NCBI GenBank assembly: GCA_036172245.1
Contig: JAYWIR010000053.1
Location: forward strand, 982,006-1,002,005
DNA: 20,000 nucleotides
DNA from: Raillietiella orientalis
Taxonomy: Eukaryota
Direction of reading: 5' to 3'
The notes below the pieces were generated by a model that did not search any database, was not told the DNA's origin, and worked only from the letters and a program-made list of their open reading frames with translations. The position numbers and the translations under genes are program-made. Numbering within the stretch: the first letter of the stretch is position 1; every line of letters starts with the position of its first letter. This document shows positions 11,903 through 20,000 of the stretch, one piece after another.

Positions 11903-12265
11903 GTGGCGCTACGTCGTTTTGTCTCTCGAAAAACGAAGGCATCGAGTCATTCGAAATCGTGGAAGCGTCGTCGACTGACCAGATTGTGGTCCGGTCACGA
12001 CACGTCTAAAGGGAGCCCTCGATGGAATCGCCGTAGGAAACGAGTGCGTTTATATCGTACTCCTCGTTGGAGAACTGTCGTGCTCTTCGTGTAGTGGAAA
12101 GGGATGTTTTGGTCGGTGCTGATCATTACGCGTGTCTGAGAACTGCTGATAATGATGATGCAAATTGTTCGTGGATGTTTGCGTATATTGAGGATTACGA
12201 GAATTTGAGCACGTTATTGAGAACATTAAATTTGGAACAGTATGCGCGTTATTATCGTTATGTGA
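11903..12265 (+). pseudogene. Possible capsid gene 5' remnant (Arg/Lys-rich N-terminal arm), disrupted and truncated
   Basis: ORF 11903-12094 (GTG start) reads LRRFVSRKTK...KRRRLTRLW...RWNRRRKRVRLYRTPRWR. It is divergent from rep across the origin, and another frame continues ...LNLEQYARYYRYVK up to the junction. Based on composition and position only; no family-level match recognised. Confidence 0.45.
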
Positions 12266-12701
12266 AGTTTTCACTTGCGTGCAAGTGATTTCTCCACTTT
12301 GCCATTACGTACCTTCCTTGTTCCGCAGCACCTGAGGTTTCTTCTCGCATTCCCTTTTCCTCTTTCGTTTGTGGTTCAATGAGAGAGACATATTGAATAT
12401 CCGCATGTAAGCCTTTTTCACGAAACAGACATAGAGACAAGTACCAAACTCTAAATAGAATTCAACTAAAAATCTGATCGTTCCGCAACATGTGGTGGTA
12501 ACATATTCCACCGTCAGAAACCTCTATGCTCGAAACCAGTCAGGGAATGCTGAATAACCACGAAGTCGGAGAGGAGATCTGGAGATGACTCTGACAATGT
12601 ATGCTCACCCTATCTGCAGCCGATATCAAAAGATTTTCAGCTCACAAATTCCCTCAACAGTAGGAAAAAGAAAGTCGACAAACAAAATTGCCACCAGCAT
12701 G

Positions 12702-12822
12702 AGGTTGGGTCATACCACGCTGACAACACCGTCTCTCTTTCGATCGGCGAAGTTAAGCAACGTCGGGACGGTCAGTACTTGGATGGGCGGCTGCCTGGGA
12801 ACCCCGGGTGCCGCGAACGCAT
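12702..12822 (+). rRNA. 5S rRNA-derived sequence (probable pseudogene), metazoan type
   Basis: CATACCACGCTGACAACACCG...CGATCGGCGAAGTTAAGCAACGTCGGG-ACGGTCAGTACTTGGATGGGCGGCTGCCTGGGAACCCCGGGTGCCG closely follows the invertebrate 5S consensus. Box A ~12751, box C ~12780. Terminal helix is imperfect and there is no immediate T-run. Confidence 0.9.
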
Positions 12823-13189
12823 CTCCGAACAACAACGCTTCTTTCTGAAAGTCAGAGATGCTGATACTCCTTAATGCCTGGAACAGCAACCACTCTGGCA
12901 TTCGAAATGCCTTTTGCAAACGATTCTTCCGCAAATTTCCAAGACACTGTAACGAAAGATAAACAATACACTTGATGACAGACCACAGGAAAAAAAAAGA
13001 AACCGAATACCACCTTGAAATGCTACATGCCCCCATCATGCTAAAAAGGAAACTCTTGTTACAAGAGCAGCGGAACCAAAGAAGGCCACACTAGGCATGC
13101 TTCACACCAGCATGCACTCAAACATTCCAGCCCAGGAACACACTCCCCACTCAAACCATTCCTCGACATTGCGTGTTCGTGGCAAACAA

Positions 13190-16100
13190 TGCAGTCTTTT
13201 CTTCATCATGCTGAAAAAAATAACATCCCTTACGTGAAGAAAATCCAACAACGTTGATTCTGATGCAACCACATCTTGGTTTCCAAGGCATCCGTCAGCT
13301 TTAGTCCCTGCAAGACCATCTCAATTTGGATGCTTCAACACGGTTTCCTTACCTTATTTGCACAAAGAGGAAGCACCCATGCATTGTCCCACTCACATGG
13401 CCACTTTCATCAATCTTCGGATCCTCAACGGCGCAAAAACCAAACTCATTTCGGTCCTTTCATCAGCGATATATCGCAACGAGTTCAACCGAAATTCCAC
13501 GTGATTCACCATTTGCGGGATCCCACATCTTCGACGGTGAAAATCCCTCTTCCAAAGGTTCATCGCATCGAAATGCATCCCATGCTAAAAACAGAGGAGC
13601 ATAAGTACCCACCACCAAGATAACACAACCACGCAAGAGCAATCATAGGCAGGGAAGGGTTGCAATTTCAGAATAACCATCAACAGCAGCGCTCTGACTG
13701 GGGCGGTATTCCTTCATCACAGTCAAACAGCTCGAATGAAAATCGAAATGGAAGCATAAATTCAAAGCACTCGCGAACTGCACCTTCCTTCATACTGCTG
13801 CAAGCCGACGGTCCACGCAACGAAACTTCAGGCTCACGGCGAATGGGACATCGAGGCGTGGCGACCACCGCGGGGGACGACGGACTTTCCTCACAAAACG
13901 TAGGAATTCTGCGTTCCAAATCAGCACACGTCCGCACAGCGTTTTCCCACCGATGAAACGTCCACCCAGTCGGCACACCACTCCGCCACGACACATCTTC
14001 TTACTCTCCCGCTCGCCCGCCGTCACGCGCTTCGTCCCGTTGCTCGCGGCTAACCCACTGGCCACAGTCCAGCGGGATGGCCCACGTATGGTCCTCGACC
14101 TCACCAACCTCCAACTGAACGCAAAAGAGCCGGCGCCATTTTGCGAACACGGCTGTAGCCGAAGAGGCCTCCCAGACGAATGTGCAGCATTGAGGACGCG
14201 ACCGTCAACCGCTTCTGCCCTTAAATTGCGGGAAACGCCTGAAAAGTGCACGCACGTTTGTCTCCAGGTACTGCAAGCACCACACTTCGGGACACCCCGT
14301 GAGCAGAAAGCAGCTCGGAGCTCTCCGCAAGCGCCATACGCAGAGACGAAGTTCCGTAAGCAGCAAGAAATGCAAGTCTTTGGCTCTTCCTCTCGAGGGA
14401 CGCAAAGCGTGCGGATGCACTCCGTTTGGTGCCATCCACTGCAACACCATTCTGTGTGAATTGCTGGACGAAATCCAAGCCACAATTCGCACCCACGACG
14501 CGGCGTCAAGAAGGACTGATGGAAAACGTGGTTTTGGTGTAAACTCAAACTCCAATCTTTTGCAAAAGATGTCGGTTCCAGTTGGGAGAAAGCTTTGCAG
14601 AGCCGTCAGCGAAAGGCCAGACACGGACATCTCTTCTGATGTGTTCTCACATCGTCTGCATTTTCAGCAGATGAGCCGATGAGTTTGCCCAATAAACTTT
14701 AAAGACGGTTCGTGTTAAGCATTTATTTCCACAGCACTTTCTCCGTTCACAGTATCTGAACACCGTGATCAGTTCTCCCTGAGGGTGAAACCAATCTTGT
14801 TCTTCCCCACGTCGATCCTCACGGTCACTCTTTCGAAAAACATGGTGGACAAGTACCAGGTCAGTCCATCCACGGATTCTATAAACTTCAAGTAGCAATT
14901 CCCGGAATGCTAAACCAATGAAAAAGCGATTCACCATTTTGCACTTGGTATTCCTGAGGGGAAAGGTACGTTTGGTCTGCTACTGAAGGAAAGGATTTTC
15001 CGGTTCCATAAGGGTAAGATGAGTGAAACAAAGATGGGGGAAACTTTTCGCCGATTCCTCTCTGTGCAGCATCGAACGGAAGCTCTCGCAGTGTCGCTGC
15101 CAAAGTTAAAACGCTTTCTTGCGAAATACCGTGAGCCTTCGAAGAGTGGACATGCAAAGTGGAAGGAGATGTGGCCACTGTGAGCGAAGAAGTTCTTTTT
15201 CGCGCGAGCGCACCGGAAGTCGTGCCATCTCTAGACAACTGGCTCCAGAGGCGCAAATTGCTCTTCGCCTCAGAAAAGAGGACTCGAAGGCAAAGCGAGA
15301 CAAGGCACGAACGAGGAGAACTCAAAAGTAGACTTGCACCGGTATGGGCGCTTACAAGGGAGGGTGTGGGGGAAGGGATCACAGATATGAAACTGCATCT
15401 CGTACGACAAATGTACCGGCGTCGTATCAGAAAGAAGGTACACGGAACTATTCGCGAACTTTTTTTTTTTGGAGGCGGAGCACTATCAAACAAATCACGT
15501 ACCTTCCAAATGTAATCTTCGGACTTAAGAAGCAATTGGAAATTCATACTTAATTTCACAGCTATGTCTATAAAGCTGTCAGGGCTACAGGGCACCTGGA
15601 ATAACAGTTTAGAAAACTAGGTTCGATGCAAACCGTGGACTACAAACCTTATACAGGCTTTCCCCTGCATCCTTGAAACCATTTAATTTCTGGACGAGTG
15701 TTTCAAGGAAGAAAGGTGGTATCCTAGCAAGCGGGGATTCTAGCTCCAGTATTCCAAGTGCGGTTGTGAAGTCCGCCACTGGTGCCTGATTCTTCTTGAC
15801 GGCTACACTGGAACATACGAAAGGGTATGCTACCTGAAGAAATACATATCTCTACACACAACCCTGTTTCGACTGTGGCTAGCCAATAACAGACATTTAT
15901 AAAGCGACGTGCTGCTCAAACGAATCCTCTTTGGCCTAATTGCAATCGCAGCCGAACCACGCAATGGTGTGACTTTTACGGGGGTCACCGAGATATAAGA
16001 AGGCAACCGGATGACTTCCATCACGATTCCCTCCCGCCAGTTTGAACTCTTGAAGCGCCCATTACACGCCAAACTAGTTCGCCTCGATGCTCTCGAAGGA

Positions 16101-17080
16101 GGGCCCTCGAGGCCTCCCGAGTCCAGCAGCATCCTTCAGCACACTCACGAGGCCACCGATCCGGAATCCACGATTCCCGGAGACGAAACCTCACCGCGTA
16201 AGACATGAGGGAGCAGCATGGACATCAGGGCATACGCTCCTTTCCTGAAATGTCTGCGGACCACAACCACGGTAAGTCACCGTTGTGGCTTGCGTGCGAA
16301 ACGCGCTTTCCCCTTCGAAGGCGGTCAGCATTCAGGTGGTCGTCAAGCGAGGGGGACCACCGGAATATTTTCCCCTCCGCGTGCCGACAGTTCCAAACTC
16401 GCAATTCCTTGAATGCTGCACCCGTTGCTTCCTTTTCTGTCTATCCATTTCAAATGGCGGAAAATTTCCCAGAGTCACGCCAGCACGACTCCAGAATGAA
16501 GCCCTTTTCGATGTGCTCTGCTTTTCCTTTCAGCGGTCTTCGGCGGGAGAGCCATCGCGCCATCAACAGCGAACATTTCCCTCTACTCTCACTCGATTCC
16601 TGGTTCCCCATGGGGAAGCTTTCTCAGCTGCTTGGCGCCGCATGACGCGTTCTTTCGAGCTTCGGATTGCGTTGTGCGCACGCCTTTGGTGCATCATGGG
16701 AACCTCCATTCGGCGTCCAGACCTCTGGTTGACTGGACCAGGTCATGGGGGCACGCGCACGTGCGAGGAAAATTCCCGTGGAGCCTTCTTGCTACCATCC
16801 AGATCTCCTCACCTTCCATCGGTGATTACGTGCTCACCATTTCGAAGCACGGAAGTGTCCTTCCGTTGCGGGGTAATTCGTTGCTGCACGGATCACTTCA
16901 TCTCTTCCAACTTCTCTCCGGCACTTTGAAACGAAAGTCCCCCGGCCTTCCGTTTCACCCAGGGAATTCCGAGCACCCGTGGAAGGGACCCATGCAGTAC
17001 CTTCATTTCCTGGATTGCACTTGAAGGACGCAGGCGAAGAGAAATTCACCGCAGTCAAGGCGTCTGCTGATGCAAAATGA
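13190..17080. repeat. Highly diverged direct repeat of ~190-5450
   Basis: See anchors listed for 190-5450. Confidence 0.65.
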
Positions 17081-17479
17081 GGAATGGGGTTACGGCAGGA
17101 AAACCAGGAGACCGCCTCCTTTCATTCGAACATCACTTCGCGTCCTCTTTTCTCGATGAAACCAAAATGAGTTTTTCGTTGCACGTTCTGATTCGATCTT
17201 CATGATTCCGATGGATTCCAACTCCTCCCTCGTTTCTTCCCGTGGCAACCCGAAGAAAAGGGTAATTACGTCTGGCGATCAGTTTCTCTTCAGTGTGAAC
17301 GGAAAAGCGACTGTGTCCACTCTACCAAAGAACGAACTGTGCTCCGCAACCATCGCACAAACGAGTGGACGGCCACGTACGCTATGTGGTTGTTACCTCT
17401 GAATTGGAAACTTGAAAACCTCTCGATCCTCAGAAAGAGGAAGTGTGATAGCGCCCACTTCGGCATCCTTGTCGAGGAA

Positions 17480-19400
17480 TTGAATTTTGCCTCCATTTTT
17501 GCTGGAATGTTCTGCAAAATAAGTGAGCACATCATTTTGAGTGCTTACGATTTCAGAGATATCTGGCAAACAGGCAGCTTTTCGATTTTGCCGATTGTCT
17601 TCAGGGCAACCTTGTTCAAGGGGAAGACTCCGTTGAACGGTATGTTACCGATGAGCGTTGACGTTGGATCGTAATGAAAATAGGTGACAGGAATGGACAT
17701 AAGTGTTTCAGTTCCTGAAGATGCCACAAGCTTCACCTGAAAGAAGACCCCGTTTCGCCATCTCAGTAAAAATAAAGGGTTTGAAGTAGCATCCATCCAA
17801 GTTCTTCTTTGATTTGCTTCACTGCTTCCTTAATGGTGCCGCGAATATGTGTCTACTGTACTTTGAGCGCACCGGCTCATTTCGGGCAAGTTTAGTTTGT
17901 GTTGACACCAATGTGATCATCTTAAGACCAAGCGAGTGGATGCTTGATAAATGGACACTCCACTGCAGTGCAGTCTGTCCACACAGAACTTCTAAAATGC
18001 TCGTACCTTAGACGTATCTGACGCCACCTTTCCGTCCGCCGGAAATCCGAAGAAGTTGGCTTTCTTCTTGCTGGTGTTCTTGGCAACCTTGGAATCAAAG
18101 GCAAACTTCTTGCGGTGTGCTGTACAGCGAGAATTCGTTTCCATCGTTCGCTGATGAGAAGGAAGGAATACTCACTGCACCACGTGGAGGAGCACTGGGA
18201 ATCGATTATCCACGCTTCGGAATGCGTCGTGCTGGGGGCAAGTTGGACAGTCTTGTCATTGATTTTGGCAGATAACGAGTACATGCCCTGTTTTGTGTGA
18301 TGCATGGTAATCGCTATTCAACTTCTTTACCTCGTTGTTCTTCAAGACAATTTCTTTGATGTTACCAGCGTTAGCAATGGGAAAGCTGAACGGTGGAATA
18401 TGGAAAAAGAAACAAAATTTAGAGCGTTTATAAAACTGCAAAATTTTTGGAAGATGTAGAAAAGTAAGAGGTCATACTTCGTAGTGGAGAGGAATCCTGC
18501 TGCCAAGACGGCAAGAACCTGGCATGTTGAGGTCAGCATCTTCGTTCTGCGACCTGAAGTTCTCTTTTCTCGACGGTTGTTACCGAGTGGATCAGCGAGA
18601 ATTCTTTCGTGCTGGACTCATAAAGGCTAAACCTGAATTTATAGTTCTCTTTGATAATTAAATTGCGCAGCTGCTGGGTGAAAAAAAGCGAAAAATAAAA
18701 AGCAGATGGAACGCGGTGACGATCTTTCTTAATATCCTGGTATAAGTAAGGCTGAATTTTTACATTAACTAACTGGATGGAGAGTGTATAGAGTGTCCGG
18801 GAGTGTATGGTTGGTGATCAGTAATTTCCACTATGTTTTCCTTATTTCATATTCTAAGGTGTCACGAAAAAAACTCACAAATGAAAAATTTACCTGATGC
18901 ATTATGGACAAGAAGCCGAATTTGACAGGACGTATTTCGTCCAGTCAAATTCAAATAAATGCGTCTACCTCTCTCAACTGTCATTTTCATTTGTATGCAA
19001 ATGATTTTTCTCTCTCCCCCATGTGTTTCGTTCCTTGTTCCGCGGCATCTGCGGTTTCTATCTCGCATTCTTGCTTGAGCTTTCGTTTGTGGTTCAATGT
19101 GGGAGACCTTCTGAACATCCATGTGTAAGCTCTCTTCCCAGGAAATGGTCGTAGAGACCGGTAACACCCTCCCGTTAGAATTGAAGTGAAAATTCGATCG
19201 CGCAGCAGCATGTCGTGGTACCACATTCCAGCGTGAGAAAACTCCTTGCAGGAACCCTGAAGTGGAAGTGGGATGACCACAAGCTAGGAAAGAAAATATG
19301 AAGATCACCCCGACAATGATTTCTGCCCTCTCCAGCCGACCTCAGAAGAGTGGCAGCTCGCCAATTCACGCAACATTGGGGAAGAGAATGTCCGCATAAA
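17480..19400 (-). pseudogene. Decayed protein-coding region of unknown family (unit copy without virus)
   Basis: Peptides conserved between copies: LH.D.Q.VS.IEPQTK, AAEQG, NHLH..EN, TCQVLA, APSTTHSEAW.IDS.CSS, FHY.PTS.LIGNIPFNGVFPLNK.ALK, LPVCQISLKS. In LIGNIPFNGVFPLNKVALK, 5 of 6 substitutions are synonymous in the minus frame. Stops and frameshifts present. Confidence 0.7.
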
Positions 19401-19429
19401 AGACTTCCGCTATGAAGGTATTTGGCAAC

Positions 19430-19548
19430 TTCCCCGGCCACATCACACCGAAAGCACCGCCTCTCGTTCAATCGAAGGATTTAAACAGCATCAGGCCAGA
19501 CCAGGAATTGCATGGACGACCGTCTGGAAACCTAGGGTGCTGCAACGT
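19430..19548 (+). pseudogene. Second, more decayed 5S rRNA pseudogene
   Basis: GGCCACATCACACCGAAAGCACCGCCTCTCGTTCAATCGAAGGATTTAAACAGCATCAGGCC...GCATGGACGACCGTCTGGAAACCTAGGGTGCTGCAAC is collinear with 5S, is followed by T6, and sits at the position paralogous to 12702-12822. Confidence 0.8.
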
Positions 19549-19551
19549 CAC

Positions 19552-19557
19552 TTTTTT
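19552..19557 (+). terminator. Pol III terminator-like T6 run after 5S copy 2
   Basis: TTTTTT about 4 nt after the 5S 3' end. Confidence 0.6.
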
Positions 19558-19681
19558 GGCCGTACGTGCGTCTCTGAGCATGAAGAGCTATGGCGGAAGA
19601 CCTGAGATGCTTATTTTCAATCCAGCCTGGACAACAACCCTTCTGGAATTTGGTTTCCTTTTTGCAAAGATTTTTCCGTTG

Positions 19682-20000
19682 TAAGGAGACTGATGAGGAA
19701 TGGCACGTGCCATCCGCCTAAGCGCAAAGCACTTCGTCCTTTGCGTCCTTGCTAGGCCGAGCAGAAGAATGGTTTACCATCGACCCCACCTGCAGGAGGA
19801 AACAGCATCTGGTGCGAAAACACCAACTGAAGATCGTTCCAAGGAGCAAGGAACTCTGGAAGGAGGAATCCATCCTGGTGATCCAGTGGATGCTCCCAGT
19901 GCCTCGCGACACGAGGAGCTGGATCTACCAGCGGCTCAGGGTTACCCTGCAAAGAATTTAAGAATGGAGGCAAGGAGGATACCCTCACCACTCCCGGGTC
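19682..20000 (+). mobile_element. Second LINE fragment (post-RT region), related to but diverged from the 6152-9130 element; runs off the window
   Basis: EEWFTIDPTCRRKQHLVRKHQLKIVPRSKELWKEE...LPVPR aligns with KQKWVNIDPTWERK/LVKIYQVKMAPRSTEP*EEE...LPIPR at ~8165-8315. Begins where unit homology stops (~19678). Confidence 0.75.

Larger units (their letters stand above)
10690..12265. mobile_element. Endogenous CRESS-DNA (circular Rep-encoding ssDNA) virus segment: rep + origin + probable cap 5' part
   Basis: Contains Rep HUH and SF3 helicase motifs on the minus strand and a nonanucleotide stem-loop. Both flanks (to ~10690 and from ~12265) align to nearly contiguous sequence in the paralogous unit (~18840-18960 and ~18985-19330), which lacks this segment. 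Boundaries are uncertain by about 30-40 nt. Confidence 0.9.
9320..12700 (-). pseudogene. Paralogous decayed coding region, interrupted by the CRESS insertion
   Basis: Same conserved peptides as 17480-19400, split across 9320-10690 and 12265-12700. Confidence 0.65.
9140..12931. repeat. Diverged direct repeat, copy carrying the CRESS insertion; paralogous to 17265-19678
   Basis: Shared collinear anchors: GTGCTTACGATTTCAGAGATATCTGGCAAACAGGCAGCTTT (9384/17541), TCGGAATGCGTCGTGCT (9939/18217), CCTTATTTC.TATTC.AAGGTG.CACGAAAA (10578/18840), CTTTCGTTTGTGGTTCAATG (12362/19080), the 5S sequence, and GAGATGCT.AT...TTTTGCAAA (12856/19605). Confidence 0.92.
17265..19678. repeat. Diverged direct repeat, copy without the CRESS insertion
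   Basis: Same anchors as 9140-12931, collinear and lacking the ~1.6-kb viral segment. Confidence 0.92.

Noticed and set aside
12702..12931. 5S-derived SINE (SINE3) interpretation
   Set aside because: No SINE body, tail or target-site duplication seen; the full-length 5S is flanked on both sides by unit sequence shared between copies.
12585..13039. ORFs 12585-12848 (+) and 12710-13039 (-)
   Set aside because: They run through the 5S-derived sequence and are chance open frames.
14560..14960. Possible ubiquitin-specific protease fragment on the minus strand (GEEQD...CCGNKCLTRTVF/GQTHRLIC*KCRRC...LSL)
   Set aside because: No convincing Cys box or His box, needs frame changes, and the paralogous region (~1750-1920) does not conserve EEQD or the cysteines.
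17339..17674. Plus-strand ORF conserved between repeat copies
   Set aside because: It is the antisense shadow of the minus-strand frame: substitutions are more often synonymous on minus, and plus has shared stops.
9140..19678. The two repeats as LTRs of one retrotransposon
   Set aside because: Repeats are coding-like, lack TG...CA ends and PBS/PPT, no gag/pol lies between them, and homology continues as a tandem array.
1..20000. CRISPR arrays, tRNAs, prokaryotic operons
   Set aside because: No regularly spaced short repeats, cloverleafs or dense intact ORFs seen; the content is eukaryotic repeat-derived.

Overview
Eukaryotic genomic DNA, probably from an invertebrate (metazoan-type 5S, tiny GT-AG intron candidates), with no intact recognisable host gene. 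By-eye alignment indicates that most of the window is a decayed head-to-tail array of an ancestral unit of about 6.5 kb: ~190-5450 matches ~13190-17080, and ~9140-12930 matches ~17265-19680. The unit carries an unidentified, decayed minus-strand coding region and, in both copies that cover that position, an antisense 5S rRNA-derived sequence (12702-12822 and 19430-19548). Three insertions interrupt the array. (1) A degenerate L1/Tx1-type LINE at ~6150-9130. (2) A second, related LINE fragment at ~19682-20000. (3) An endogenous CRESS-DNA virus segment of about 1.6 kb at ~10690-12265. The viral segment retains a stem-loop origin with CAGTATTAC, a Rep that becomes one open 302-aa frame after removal of a 49-nt GT-AG intron, and a divergent Arg-rich, capsid-like remnant. 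The paralogous unit at ~18880-18990 provides the empty site. All alignments were done manually and boundaries are approximate.
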